Below are positions 36,195 to 46,660 of a stretch of 61,089 nt of DNA, in pieces (the stretch's first letter is position 1; every line of letters starts with the position of its first letter). Below the pieces are notes generated by a model. The model worked only from the letters and a program-made list of their open reading frames with translations, had not been told where the DNA came from and ran no database searches. The stretch is from NCBI GenBank assembly GCA_027491415.1, contig JAOZFH010000013.1:1-61089 (forward strand). Direction: 5' to 3'. Made by a program: the position numbers and the translations under genes. The DNA is from Thermoproteota archaeon. Its GTDB lineage: Archaea > Korarchaeota > Korarchaeia > Korarchaeales > Korarchaeaceae.

Positions 36195-36812
36195 GTGCGG
36201 CTTGACGACCTGCCGAGGGAGTTCGTGGAGGCCCTTTTCTGGGCCAGACGTCGCCTCGTGGAGGGGGCGGCGCGGGGGAGGTTCGACCCCGCCGAGCTTC
36301 TCAGGCTCGCCCCCCGGATGGCGCCCATGGTCGCGACCCACGGGCCGGCCGGTCTGAACGTCGCGCCCTTCATGGTCGGGTTCGCCGTCAGGGAGGAGCT
36401 GCTGGACGAGACCATTTCTGAGCTGAGGAGTTTCCTCGAGGCGGGAGGTGAGACCTCAGACGCGGCCAGAATCCTGCTCAGGCTCGTCTACGACCCCGAG
36501 AGGGTGGATCCCCTCACGCTGGTGACCCACCTCATGTCCAAGGGGAGGACGTGGGAGAACGTGAGGGCGACCGGAGAGGCCTCGCTGGGCTTCCTGATCC
36601 CGCCTGACGAGGGGGCCTACGAGGTGAAGGCGTCGGCGGAGATCCACGAGTCGGGTCCGTGGTACGAGTACACGAACCTGCTGCACGACGTCATGCACGC
36701 AAGGCCGGGCGAGGAGAGGACCCACCCGTGGTGCCCCGCCCTCGTCTTCAGGGTGAGGGAGATCTACGACAAGGGGTACAGGGCCCTCGGCAGGAGGATC
36801 TTTCCGCTCTAG
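36195..36812 (+). CDS. Hypothetical protein, pyridoxamine-5'-phosphate oxidase-like split barrel
   Basis: VATHGPAGLNVAP, GRTWENVRATGEASLGF, YEVKA, FRVREIYD pattern. Confidence 0.55.
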   Translation: MRLDDLPREFVEALFWARRRLVEGAARGRFDPAELLRLAPRMAPMVATHGPAGLNVAPFMVGFAVREELLDETISELRSFLEAGGETSDAARILLRLVYDPERVDPLTLVTHLMSKGRTWENVRATGEASLGFLIPPDEGAYEVKASAEIHESGPWYEYTNLLHDVMHARPGEERTHPWCPALVFRVREIYDKGYRALGRRIFPL

Positions 36813-36833
36813 GGCGAGGTGGTCGAGGCCAGG

Positions 36834-37319
36834 TCATATCTCCAGCTCAGGCTCGCGCTCAGGCCCCGGCCGCCTCTCGGCCCGCCTCCCCAGGAACCCG
36901 CCAGCCACGCCGACGACGGACAGGGTGAGCCCCAGCGCCGACGCCGAGGCCAGCAGCAGCACCCTCAGGATGGGGGGGACCCGCCTGAGCCCCACGTACG
37001 CCTCCGTGAAGTTCCCCCTCACCTCCAGCTCGTGGAGCCCGGCCGGGACCTCCACGGTGATCCGGCTCCCGGAGCCGGCGGGCCTGCCGTCCAGGTAGAC
37101 CTGCACCTCGCCGTCAGCCTCGACCCAGGCCATCAGGCCCCGCGGGGACTCCAGCGTCAGGCCCGCCGCCCCTCCCTCCGGGTAGATCCTCTCCCCGCCC
37201 CCGTAGTGAGGCACCATCTGGGGGTAGAGGAACACGTAGTAGATGACCCCCAGCCCTCCCAGCACGAACAGCGCGCCGCCCAGGACCGCCAGGGCGGCCC
37301 TCGCTGACCTGGATGCCAT
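36834..37319 (-). CDS. Membrane protein with small extracellular beta domain
   Basis: TM helices at both ends. EVQVYLDGRPAG...VPAGLHELEV is PEGA-like. Confidence 0.55.
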   Translation of the reverse strand: MASRSARAALAVLGGALFVLGGLGVIYYVFLYPQMVPHYGGGERIYPEGGAAGLTLESPRGLMAWVEADGEVQVYLDGRPAGSGSRITVEVPAGLHELEVRGNFTEAYVGLRRVPPILRVLLLASASALGLTLSVVGVAGGFLGRRAERRPGPEREPELEI

Positions 37320-37411
37320 CCCGGGGGGCGGGCGCCGGCCGAAAATAAGTGAGCCCCACCCGGCCGGATCGCAGTCGGCCCTTTATTGAAGACCCCGAGC
37401 GGAGCCGGGGG

Positions 37412-39193
37412 ATGGCCCTGACTCTCCCGGGGTACGGAGAGATCGTCACGGTGAACCTCTCGACCCGAGAGGTCTCCGTGAGTCCCACTCCAGAGTCCCT
37501 GGCCCTCAGGTACGTTGGTGGAAAGGGGATCGGGCTCAGGATGCTGTACGACATGACGTCGCCGTCGACCGACCCCTTGGGACCGGAGAACCCCCTGATC
37601 CTGGCAATCGGTCCCCTGACGGGAACTGCTGTTCCATTCTCCGGAAAGGCGGCGTTCTCGTTCAAGTCTCCACAGACCGGCGTGCTGGGGGAGTCGATCG
37701 TCGGTGGGACGCTGGGGGCGGCGCTCAGGTGGGTGGGCGTGACCGCCTTGGTCGTCAAGGGAGCCTCACGGGACCCTGTCTACCTTCTCCTGACGCCCGA
37801 GGGGGTCGAAGTCAGGGGCGCCCGGAAGCTGTGGGGCCTCGGCATATACGAGACCACCGACCTCCTCAAGGAGGAGCACGGGAGGATCGCCAGCGTCGCC
37901 GCGATAGGGCCGGCGGGAGAGAGCCTGGTCAGCTTCGCCTGCGTGGGGAACGAGTACTGGAGGCAGGCTGGCAGAACTGGGGCGGGGGCGGTCATGGGCT
38001 CCAAGAAGCTGAAGGCCATAGTCGTGGCGCACGATGGCCCAGACTGGGACGCCCACGATCCCGACGGCGTACGCCAGCTCGCGGCCTCGATGATGCCAAG
38101 GGTGAGGGAGGGCCTGAAGTCCTACTTCGAGCGCGGGACCCCGGGCATAGTGGAGCTGGCCAACCGCATGGGCTTCTTTCCCAGCCTGTACTGGTCCCAG
38201 GGGTCCATCGAGGGGTGGGAGGGCCTCAGCTGGGACGCCCTCCGGGAGATATTCCTGGGCCCCAGGGGGTGCGCCGGGTGCCCGACGCCCTGCGGCAGGC
38301 TGGCCGAGGTCGACGGGGGCAGGCACGCCGGGGCGAGGGCGGAGGTGGAATACGAGACCCTCTTCGCGCTGGGCGGGCTCGTCGGCGTGACGGACGTCAG
38401 GGAGGTGACCTGGCTCAACAGCCTGGCCGACGACCTCGGCCTAGACACCATATCGCTGGGAAACGTGCTGGGGTTCGCTATCGAGGCCCATCGCAGGGGA
38501 AGGCTGGACCCGGGGTTCGGGCTGGATTACGGGGACTCTGAGGCCCTCGGCAGGCTCACGGAGATGATAGCCAGGAGGGAGGGCGTGGGAGACCTGCTGG
38601 CCGGTGGGGTCAGGAGGGCGGCCGAGTCCCTCGGGCTTCAGGATATGGCTGTCCACGTGAAGGGGCTGGAGCCCTCCGGCTATGACCCAAGGACCCTGAA
38701 GGGGATGATCGTCTCCTTCGGGGTCAGCTCCCGCGGCGCCTGCCACCTTCGCCTGATGGGCTACTACGCCGACATCAGAGGGTTCGGGGGAGGGCCAGAC
38801 GAGGTAACAGAGGAGAAAATGGCAGCAATAGCCGACCTGGAGGAGAGGGGAGTCATGATGGACTCTCTCCTGCTCTGCAAGTTCTCCAGGACTGTGATGC
38901 TCTGGGGGGAGATGGCCGAGTTCTACAGGCTGGTCACTGGTGTAGACGTGGGCGAGGATGGACTGAGAGAGGCCGCCAAGAGGATCATCGACCTCTCCAG
39001 GTGGTTCAATGTAAGAGAGGGCGTTAACAGGGGGCACGATAGGCTCCCCAGGAGGCTCGTGGACGAGCCGCTCGCCCTCGACGGGGCTGAGAGGAGGATA
39101 ACCGAAGAAGAGGTCGAGAAGTCGCTCGACCTGTACTACCGCCTGAGTGGGTGGGACGGGCAGGGAGTCCCCACAAGGCCGCCCGAAGACTAG
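37412..39193 (+). CDS. Aldehyde:ferredoxin oxidoreductase family (W-pterin) enzyme
   Basis: YVGGKGIG, KSPQTG, IGPAGE, AGRTGAGAVMGSKKLKAI, CAGCPTPC, EYETL, GLDTISLG, YDPR, RGACH. Confidence 0.95.
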   Translation: MALTLPGYGEIVTVNLSTREVSVSPTPESLALRYVGGKGIGLRMLYDMTSPSTDPLGPENPLILAIGPLTGTAVPFSGKAAFSFKSPQTGVLGESIVGGTLGAALRWVGVTALVVKGASRDPVYLLLTPEGVEVRGARKLWGLGIYETTDLLKEEHGRIASVAAIGPAGESLVSFACVGNEYWRQAGRTGAGAVMGSKKLKAIVVAHDGPDWDAHDPDGVRQLAASMMPRVREGLKSYFERGTPGIVELANRMGFFPSLYWSQGSIEGWEGLSWDALREIFLGPRGCAGCPTPCGRLAEVDGGRHAGARAEVEYETLFALGGLVGVTDVREVTWLNSLADDLGLDTISLGNVLGFAIEAHRRGRLDPGFGLDYGDSEALGRLTEMIARREGVGDLLAGGVRRAAESLGLQDMAVHVKGLEPSGYDPRTLKGMIVSFGVSSRGACHLRLMGYYADIRGFGGGPDEVTEEKMAAIADLEERGVMMDSLLLCKFSRTVMLWGEMAEFYRLVTGVDVGEDGLREAAKRIIDLSRWFNVREGVNRGHDRLPRRLVDEPLALDGAERRITEEEVEKSLDLYYRLSGWDGQGVPTRPPED

Positions 39194-39612
39194 CCGGTCT
39201 CCGGGACTTGGAATTTAAATCTCGACGCCGGCTCGATCAGGCCGGATGGGGCCCCGTGGTTAAACAAGAGCGTGAGAGGGTGTCTGGACTCGCCTTAGCG
39301 GTGGCGATGTTTATCGGGGCCGATGTGGGGCTCATCTTTGGCGAGCCGGACATCGGGAGAGCGGGAGGGGTCCGTCCTGCTGGCGGCCCTCTTCGGGACC
39401 ATCTTCATCGGGTGTAGCCTGAGCATGCCGCTAGAAGTCAGGGCCAGTGGGAGTGGGACCAAGAAGAACCCAGTGATGAGGACGAGCGCAGGGGGCCAGG
39501 TCGTAGAGCACCCGACCAGAGCCGTATCCGCCCGGAGAGGACCCTAGAGGCGGAGTAGCGGACCGCAACCCTTATGGGCCAACAGGCCACGCGCAGGAGG
39601 GGAGGGCGCACC

Positions 39613-40329
39613 TTGGGCCGCCTCGTGCCCTGGAGGCTCGTGGCGGACTGGAGGTGCCTCGCCTGCGGGGCGTGCTGCACCCGCTTCAGGATCCCCCTGA
39701 GGCCTGACGAGGCCGTCTCTATAGCGAGGTCGATCGGGGAGTGGGCCGTGGAGGTCAGGGCTGGGAGGCCCTACCTGGCGAGGGTCGGGGGGAGGTGCGC
39801 CTTCCTCTCCGGAGACGGGAGGTGCCTCCTCCATCCACTCGGGCTTAAGCCCAGGGCGTGCAAGGTCTGGCCCTTCAGCGTGAGCAGGGAGCCAGTGCAC
39901 GGCCTACGGGACCTGGCGAGGTTCGAGCACCTGGGGCGCACCTGGTACGTCTACGCGGACCCCAGGTGCCCGGGGCTGAAGCTGGGAGAGCCAGGGGACA
40001 GGCTGAGAGGGGAGGTTATCCCAGAGGTCGTGGAGATCTGGGCCGGAGTCAGAACGAGGCAGGAGGCGAGCACCTCCGCGCTTCCGGCCGAAGTGGGGAC
40101 GACGGAGATCCCATCAGCCCCGTTGGTCGCCCGGGGTGTGGTCGACCTAATCAGCGGGTCGGGCTCGCACCTCGGTACATCCCTCGCTCGATCCTGGGGC
40201 GGCCGAGAAGCTCGTCGCTCGCTTCGGCCGCCATCGGGAGAGGGGGCCATGGACCTGTCGCCCACCCCGGTCACCCCACCCGGGGGCGCTGCTGGGAGGC
40301 AACGGATGAGATTCCCGCAGCGCCCCTGA
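39613..40329 (+). CDS. YkgJ/CxxCxxCC cysteine-cluster protein
   Basis: CLACGACC...CAFL...CLLH...KPRACKVWPF...CPG. Confidence 0.85.
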   Translation: MGRLVPWRLVADWRCLACGACCTRFRIPLRPDEAVSIARSIGEWAVEVRAGRPYLARVGGRCAFLSGDGRCLLHPLGLKPRACKVWPFSVSREPVHGLRDLARFEHLGRTWYVYADPRCPGLKLGEPGDRLRGEVIPEVVEIWAGVRTRQEASTSALPAEVGTTEIPSAPLVARGVVDLISGSGSHLGTSLARSWGGREARRSLRPPSGEGAMDLSPTPVTPPGGAAGRQRMRFPQRP

Positions 40330-40608
40330 AGATCGCTTTAGTTCATCCGCTGCACTTAGGCGGGAGGGACTCAGGGGAGTCGCCCTCTCTAGGCTCAAGA
40401 AGGCTAAGAGGTTTGCTGAAGTGGCTGTGGAGAAATCTGGAAGGGGGATACAGGGATACTACGAGATGCGCTCAAGGCGCGCGATCGCCGCGGTCCCAGA
40501 GTAGCTCTCAGGGTGCTCTCAGGGTGCTCCGGGCTCAGCGGGAGGGGGGTTGGCAGGGTCCCCGGGGGATGGAAGCTCGGAGAGCCTGAGTAGTGAGCCT
40601 TACTCCTC

Positions 40609-41196
40609 TCAGGGTGTCACCACCTCCCCCAACTCCACTAGCACCGCCCCCGCCTTGAGCATATCCTCCAGGGCCCGCTCGCTGTTCCCCGGCTCGACAT
40701 CCACCCCCTTTACCGCGTCGGTCAGGACGAAGACCTCGAAGCCCAGCCGGAGCCCGTCCAGCACGGTGGCCCTCACGCAGTAGTCGGTGGCAACCCCGCC
40801 CACGAACAGCCTCCTCACCCCGAGGGCCCTCAGCCCCTCAGCCATGTCGGTGCCTTCGAAGCCGGAGTACGCCTCCCTGTCCGGCTCGGTCGCCTTGGAA
40901 ACGATGATGGTCCCCTCCGGGAGCCTGAGGTCGGGGTGGAACTCCGCGCCCTCCGTGCCCCTAACGCAGTGAGGCGGCCAAGGTCCCCTGGGCCTGAAGC
41001 TGATGTGGTTCGGCGGGTGCCAGTCCCTCGTCGCCACCACGGGCCTCCCCAGCCTGTCGAACAGCTCGATGTAGGAGTTGAGCACCGGAACGACCTCGTC
41101 CCCGCTCGGCACGGGGAGCGCGCCGCCGGGCATGAAGTCCCTCTGCACGTCCACTATGACGAGCGCGGACCTCCTCGTGATGGCCACCTTGGCCAT
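40609..41196 (-). CDS. pncA: Nicotinamidase/pyrazinamidase
   Basis: VDVQRDFMPGGALPV, TRDWHPPNH.SF, WPPHCV, KAT..DREAYSGF, GVATDYCV. Confidence 0.95.
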   Translation of the reverse strand: MAKVAITRRSALVIVDVQRDFMPGGALPVPSGDEVVPVLNSYIELFDRLGRPVVATRDWHPPNHISFRPRGPWPPHCVRGTEGAEFHPDLRLPEGTIIVSKATEPDREAYSGFEGTDMAEGLRALGVRRLFVGGVATDYCVRATVLDGLRLGFEVFVLTDAVKGVDVEPGNSERALEDMLKAGAVLVELGEVVTP

Positions 41197-41324
41197 TCTC
41201 GATCCCGCGCCCAAGGCGGTTCGACAAGTAATAACGGGTACAGCCGCGGTCTCGGCCGCTGATCGTCCACCCAAGCTCGCGCGCTTTAAGGCCTTCCGGG
41301 TGGGTACTAACTCAGGTGGGTTGA

Positions 41325-41801
41325 GTGGAGCGAGAGGAGTTCCTGAGGTTCGTCGGGAGGCAGAAGGCCCTGGAGAGGGAGATCGTCTCCCAGGCGAACG
41401 AGTCCGTCGAGCGGGTGAAGAACCCCCTGGTGAAGGAACTCATAAGGGGAATAGCCCTCGACTCGATGAAGCACGAGAACATCCTCTCGGCCATCGAGGC
41501 CAGGATGGCGGGCTCAACGCCCTTCCTCACGGAGGAGGAGCGCGACGCCATCAGGGGGGCCATTGAGAGGCACATCGAGATGGAGAGGGAGGCCATAGAG
41601 AGGTACTCCGAGGTTCTCAAGGGGCTGGAGGACGAGAGGCTCAGGTTCCTTATCGAGTACATCCTCGAGGACGAGCGCCGCCACCACGCCCTCCTTCTGA
41701 GGATCCAGAAGCTGGTGGTGGAGCCGGAGACCCTCACGGATCAGGACCTGGCCTACATAATGTGGTTCGACGCCCTCTTCCACGGAACGCCGGGCGGCTG
41801 A
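41325..41801 (+). CDS. Ferritin-like / rubrerythrin-family protein
   Basis: DSMKH and EDERRHH di-iron-type helices, IEMEREAIERY. Confidence 0.82.
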   Translation: MEREEFLRFVGRQKALEREIVSQANESVERVKNPLVKELIRGIALDSMKHENILSAIEARMAGSTPFLTEEERDAIRGAIERHIEMEREAIERYSEVLKGLEDERLRFLIEYILEDERRHHALLLRIQKLVVEPETLTDQDLAYIMWFDALFHGTPGG

Positions 41802-42122
41802 GCCTATAGCGCCGGGTGGAGGTCGTCCACAGCTCCGAGCGGTTCATAACGGGCCTCAAGCGCCCCTTGAGCATCCGGCTTGGGCGAAGGGGCTCAACCT
41901 CCGCCGCCACCACACCTCGGCGGCAGAGCAGGGGGAGGGTGCCCCTGATAAGCGGTCTTGGAGGGTGCGAGGCGCAGGGCGGTTTGCGGCCGGTATGCTT
42001 CATGGGACGGGGCCCGAGCGGATGTTGGCACCCTGTCAGCCCCGAACCCCCCTCCGCCGCCGGCCGATCAGTCGGAAGCCGTGCGGCCTTTAATTCTTCA
42101 GACCCGCGAGATCGATCTCGAG

Positions 42123-42680
42123 TTGGCCGTGAGGAGGAGGCTCCTGATAAGGGGCTCCAGAGTGCAAGACATAGGATATCGAATGTTCCTGCTCAACCTG
42201 GCGACCGAGCGCGGGTTGACCGGCTTTCGGGCCAGGAACGTGGACGGAAACGCCGTAGAGGTCATCTACGAGGGAGAAGAGGAGGCGGTGCTCGGCTTCG
42301 AGGACGACGTTCGGAGACTCGCCCCCGAGGGAGCCGAGGTCGAGGGTCTCGAGTTCTGGGACTACGACGGCCCCGTCCCAGACATTGAGAGGTTCAGGTC
42401 CCACTTCGCCACCCTGCAGCTGGGCAAGATCATAGAGGTGGGGCTGGCGATGATACGCCGTCAGGACGAGACCATAGCCGAGATAAGGGCCTTCCGGGAG
42501 GAGAGCTCCTCCAACCAGCGCGCGATGCTGGAGAAGCAGGACCTGATGCTCAGGAAGCAGGACGAGACCATAGCCGAGATAAGGGCCCTGAGGGACGCAG
42601 TAACCGAACTCCTGGACGAGAGGCTCAGAAAGCTCGAGGAGGACGTGAGGGAGATAAAGGCAAGGCTAGGCCTGATCTGA
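42123..42680 (+). CDS. Acylphosphatase-like domain fused to coiled coil
   Basis: IRGSRVQDIGYR...ARNVDGNAVEVIYEG, followed by a heptad tail with QDETIAEIRA twice. Confidence 0.8.
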   Translation: MAVRRRLLIRGSRVQDIGYRMFLLNLATERGLTGFRARNVDGNAVEVIYEGEEEAVLGFEDDVRRLAPEGAEVEGLEFWDYDGPVPDIERFRSHFATLQLGKIIEVGLAMIRRQDETIAEIRAFREESSSNQRAMLEKQDLMLRKQDETIAEIRALRDAVTELLDERLRKLEEDVREIKARLGLI

Positions 42681-42699
42681 GGCAGATCGCTGGCCGCAA

Positions 42700-42957
42700 T
42701 GTCCGCCGGCGGCCTTGTCGCGCATTTCCACGCGGAACTCAAAGTCTCCCGCAGCAGAGTCGTATCCCACTGCGTACAGGCGAGACCCAGATGCGCACGC
42801 CGAGAAGGCGCTGTTCGGGCCCGGTCCCATGTCCTCCCTGACGATCCAGTTGATCCCCGGCTGAACAAACCTGGCGACGGCTGGCCCGGGGTCATAGGTG
42901 GGGAGAAGTTAGGAGTAGTGAGATTAGGGCCAATGAGATCGAGGCCTTCTGAGTCAC
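42700..42957 (-). pseudogene. Remnant of a secreted beta-propeller-like protein
   Basis: Signal-peptide-like SISLALISLLL, a frameshift, then INWIVRED...SRLYAVGYDSAAGDFEFRVEMRDK. Confidence 0.4.
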
Positions 42958-43106
42958 CCTGATCGGTACGATCGGGCGCTCCCTCCGTGACAGATTTATC
43001 GTCGAATCCCTCGACCTCTTAGAGATGCCCGCGGGTGGGCCATGATGAGGATGGGCCCGTCGCGGCCGGACCACGGCGTCAGCCGAGAGGTGGAGGGGAG
43101 GTACGA

Positions 43107-44078
43107 ATGAGCGAGAGCGTCGGGCGTCCCATCTCCGAGTTCCCCGTGGCGTTCCGGCCGGTGGCGCCCTTCTCGTTCAGCCCCCACCTGGAGAGGTTCA
43201 CCGCACCCGGTTTGCCCACCCCGTACCTGTATGACCCTGGCGAGCGCAGGCTCTCGCTCCTCGTTCTGGCCGAGGGTAGGCTCCTCCCGGTCAGCCTGAC
43301 CTTGGAGGGAGAGCCCTGGAGTCCCCTGATTCGAGGGCGGATCTGGGCCCCCACCAAGCGGGAGGCGGAGGCGGGCCGGCGCGCCCTTGAGGAAGTGGTC
43401 AGGGCGAGGTTCGACTACGAGAGGTTCGCCAAGGAGGTCTGCGGGCTGGACGCGGGCCTATGCGAACTCGTGAGGAGGTACCCAGGTCTCCGGCCGGGGA
43501 GGTGCCTCAGCCTCTACGCCGCCCTCGTGGACAGCGTCGTCAAGCAGAGGATCGCCCTCCGCGCCGCCCTGAGGGTGTACTCGAGGCTCGTCCAGCGCTA
43601 CGGCGCGAGGGTGGAGGCGGCCGGCGAGACCTTCTACTGGCATCCCCTGCCCGAGAGGCTGGCCGACGAGGATCCGGCCAGGCTGAGGGAGCTGGGCCTT
43701 ACCCGGGTCAAGGCTAGGGCCCTGGTGGAGGTCGCCAGGGCCGAGGTGGAGGGCAGGCTGCCAGGCCTCGAGGAGGCCCTGAGGGACCCCGAGTCGACCG
43801 TCGAGGGCCTGACCAACCTATACGGCGTCGGGGAGTGGACCGCCCAGCTGGCCCTGGCAATGGTCGCCCCTGACTTCCCCCTGGGCCCACTCGGCGATCT
43901 CGCGGTGGCGAGGGGACTGGCCCTAGTCGTTGGGGCTGACAGAGGTCGTGAGCTGGCGCGGAGGGTGGTTGAGGGGCTGCCGGGGCTGGGGGGCCTGGTG
44001 CTGTACCTGGCGGCCTTCGACTACGAGGGGAGGAGGGGCGGACGCGGCTCGCCCCCGCGGGCGTCCCGTGGAACCTAG
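43107..44078 (+). CDS. alkA: AlkA-like HhH-GPD DNA glycosylase
   Basis: YPGLRP, LVDSVVKQRI, LGLTRVKARAL, LYGVGEWTA, PLGDLAVARG. Confidence 0.88.
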   Translation: MSESVGRPISEFPVAFRPVAPFSFSPHLERFTAPGLPTPYLYDPGERRLSLLVLAEGRLLPVSLTLEGEPWSPLIRGRIWAPTKREAEAGRRALEEVVRARFDYERFAKEVCGLDAGLCELVRRYPGLRPGRCLSLYAALVDSVVKQRIALRAALRVYSRLVQRYGARVEAAGETFYWHPLPERLADEDPARLRELGLTRVKARALVEVARAEVEGRLPGLEEALRDPESTVEGLTNLYGVGEWTAQLALAMVAPDFPLGPLGDLAVARGLALVVGADRGRELARRVVEGLPGLGGLVLYLAAFDYEGRRGGRGSPPRASRGT

Positions 44079-44138
44079 TCAGGTCAACGACCCTGATGCC
44101 ACGCGCGGCCCCCGCGCCCCAGCTGGGCTGGGGCTGCC

Positions 44139-44172
44139 TAGAAAAAAGTGGGGGACTGGGACCCACTCACAG
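44139..44172 (-). terminator. Oligo-T terminator after carbamoyltransferase
   Basis: Minus strand GTGGGTCCCAGTCCCCCACTTTTTTCT directly after the stop codon. Confidence 0.5.
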
Positions 44173-44173
44173 A

Positions 44174-45202
44174 TCACACGCCGGGATCTCCGCTCATTGT
44201 GAGCGCCATGACCGCCATCTTCGCGTAGAGGTTGTCCTCCGCCTGCTCGTAGATGACGGAGTTGGGGCCGTCCATGACCTCGTCGGTCGCCTCCTCGCCC
44301 CTGAACACCGGCAACACGTGGGTCACGATGGCCCCGGGCTCCATCAGGTCGTCTACCAGCTCCTGGGTCAGCATCCAGTCCCTGTACTTCCTGTGGATCT
44401 CAAGCTCCCTCTCCAGGCCGAACTGAGACAGCCCAACCTGCCCGAGCTGCCAGGTGTGCCAGCTCCTCGGAAAGACCGCGTGGGCTCCCTTGAGGGCCTC
44501 CTTGTAGTCGTTCACTATCTCGAAGCTCCCCCCGCTCTCTTTGGCGTTCTCCCTCACCCAGCCCATGATCTTGGGGTCGAGCTCGAACCCGGGCGGGTGC
44601 GCCAGCACCACGTCCATCCCGAACCTGCTGGCTATGAGCAGGTCGGCGTGTATGCTGCACGGGCCCCTGATCTTGGAGGCGTAGGCCCACATGACCACGA
44701 ACTTCTTGCCCTGGAGCCTCTTGAGCTTCTCCCGCATTACCATAATGTCGCCGAGGGCCTGGGTCGGGTGGAACATGTCGTCGGCCATGTTTATGACGGG
44801 CTTCTTCGCCACTCGGGCGAACTCCCTTATCACCGGGTTTCCCGTGCCGTACTTGAAGTCGATCACCTTGTCCAGGAGCCTAACGCCGATGCCGTGGGCG
44901 TAGATGTCGTACATCTTGGCGACGTCCTTCACGGCCTCCCCTGCACCGAGCCTGGTGGTGCTCACGTCCACGTAGACCCCGTGCCCGCCCAAGAGGGTGG
45001 CGCCCGCCTCGAAGGCCCCCCTGGTCCTGGTGGAGGGCGCGAAGAACACCATGAAGAAGTTCTTGTTCTTCAGGACTGGCGGAAACTCCCTCCCCGCCCT
45101 ACCGATCTGCTTGTACCTCGCGGCGACCCTCAGGGCCTCCTCGATCTCGTCCATCGTCCACTCCTGGGTCGTGATAAGGTCCTTCATGTAGAGGTCGACC
45201 AT
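44174..45202 (-). CDS. Ornithine carbamoyltransferase-superfamily enzyme (YgeW/AOTCase-like)
   Basis: PSTRTR, HPTQ, HVLPVFRGEE, QAEDNL. No SMG loop. Confidence 0.88.
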   Translation of the reverse strand: MVDLYMKDLITTQEWTMDEIEEALRVAARYKQIGRAGREFPPVLKNKNFFMVFFAPSTRTRGAFEAGATLLGGHGVYVDVSTTRLGAGEAVKDVAKMYDIYAHGIGVRLLDKVIDFKYGTGNPVIREFARVAKKPVINMADDMFHPTQALGDIMVMREKLKRLQGKKFVVMWAYASKIRGPCSIHADLLIASRFGMDVVLAHPPGFELDPKIMGWVRENAKESGGSFEIVNDYKEALKGAHAVFPRSWHTWQLGQVGLSQFGLERELEIHRKYRDWMLTQELVDDLMEPGAIVTHVLPVFRGEEATDEVMDGPNSVIYEQAEDNLYAKMAVMALTMSGDPGV

Positions 45203-45355
45203 GGGGTTTCACCCCGACGACGACCCTGCGACGGCTCAGTATTAAGCCGCCCGGGTGCCGCGTTGACGTGGGTCTCCTCCGTGAGATCGGGCTTCTGGTC
45301 CGCAATAAGAAAGTGTGATGAGGGTGGGGCCCACCAGAGCCCCTCGGCACCGGTC

Positions 45356-46660
45356 TCACAGCCCGAGGACCTGCGCGTATCCCTGGAGGTCCAGGAGACC
45401 GTGGCCGGAGTAGTTGAAGAGTATGACCTCCTCCCTGCCCTCTCTCTTCGCCCTCAGGGCCTCCTCCACCGCGGCCTTGACGGCGTGGGCCGTCTCCGGC
45501 GCGGGTATCAGCCCCTCAGTCATCGCGAAGATCCTTGCCGCCTCAAAGACCTCCTCCTGCGGGTACGCCGCGGCCTCGATCACCCCCTTCCTCTTCAGGA
45601 GCGAGACCGTGGGGGCGGCCCCGTGGTACCTCAGCCCGCCGGCGTGTATCGGCGGAGGGACGAAGTCGTGGCCGAGCGTGTACATCATTATGAGGGGAGT
45701 CGTGCCCGCGGCGTCGCCGAAGTCGTACCTGTACTCCCCCTGCGTGAGCGACGGACACGCCTTCGGCTCCGCGGCTATGACCCTGTAGCTCGCCCTGCCC
45801 TCCAAGATCTCCCTGATGAACGGGAACGTCAGTCCGGCGAAGTTGCTCCCCCCTCCGACGCAGCCTATCAGCACGTCGACATCCTCCCCGGCGAGCTCCA
45901 TCTGCCTCCTAGCCTCCTCGCCTATCACCGTCTGGTGCAGGAGCACGTGGTGGAGGACGCTTCCGAGCGAGTACTTCGCCCGGTCGTCGGCCACGGCCGC
46001 CTCTATGGCCTCGCTTATCGCTATCCCCAGCGAGCCGGGGTGCTCCGGATCCTCCTCCAGGAACCTCCTGCCGGCCTGGGTCCTGTCGCTCGGTGATGGA
46101 ACCACCTCTGCCCCGTAGAGCTTCATGACGTACTTCCTGTAGGGCTTCTGGTCGTAGGAGATCCTGACCATGAACACCAGGGCCCTTATCCCGTTCAGCG
46201 CCGTCGCCAGCGACAGGGCGGAGCCCCACTGCCCCGCGCCCGTCTCGGTGGTGAGGTACTCCAGGCCCTCCCTCGCCGCGTAGAACGCCTGGGCGAGGGC
46301 CGTGTTCAGCTTGTGGCTCCCCGTGGGGCTGAGGTCCTCCCTCTTGTAGTAGATCCTGGCCGGGGTCCTGAGGTACCGCTCCAGCCTCCTTGCCCTGTAG
46401 ATCGGCGTTGGCCTCCCTATCCTCAAGTAGAGCCCCCTGAGCTCCTCGGGTATGTCTATGAACCTCTCCCTGGAGAACTCCTGCCTCACGCACTCTCTTG
46501 GGAAGAGGGGCTCGAAGGCCTCCGGTCCGAGGGGCTCCCTCGTCTCAGGGTGGACGTAGGGCGGCAGGTCCGGGAGGTCCGCCGTTACGTTGTACCACCT
46601 CCTTGGGAGCTCCTCCTGGGGGAGATCTATCCTGTCGGGCGGGGTTCCACCCGCGCTCAT
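45356..46660 (-). CDS. trpB2: Tryptophan synthase beta chain, TrpB2 type
   Basis: [64 protein letters not shown]. Confidence 0.96.
   Translation of the reverse strand: MSAGGTPPDRIDLPQEELPRRWYNVTADLPDLPPYVHPETREPLGPEAFEPLFPRECVRQEFSRERFIDIPEELRGLYLRIGRPTPIYRARRLERYLRTPARIYYKREDLSPTGSHKLNTALAQAFYAAREGLEYLTTETGAGQWGSALSLATALNGIRALVFMVRISYDQKPYRKYVMKLYGAEVVPSPSDRTQAGRRFLEEDPEHPGSLGIAISEAIEAAVADDRAKYSLGSVLHHVLLHQTVIGEEARRQMELAGEDVDVLIGCVGGGSNFAGLTFPFIREILEGRASYRVIAAEPKACPSLTQGEYRYDFGDAAGTTPLIMMYTLGHDFVPPPIHAGGLRYHGAAPTVSLLKRKGVIEAAAYPQEEVFEAARIFAMTEGLIPAPETAHAVKAAVEEALRAKREGREEVILFNYSGHGLLDLQGYAQVLGL

Noticed and set aside
39246-39547. Fragmented small membrane-protein ORF after AOR
   Set aside because: Hydrophobic pieces in different frames, too degraded to assign.
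44096-46096. Long 666-aa plus-strand ORF, and similar ones at 20094-21695, 47865-49268 and 29538-30815
   Set aside because: Antisense shadows of well-supported genes, expected at high GC. No recognisable motifs.
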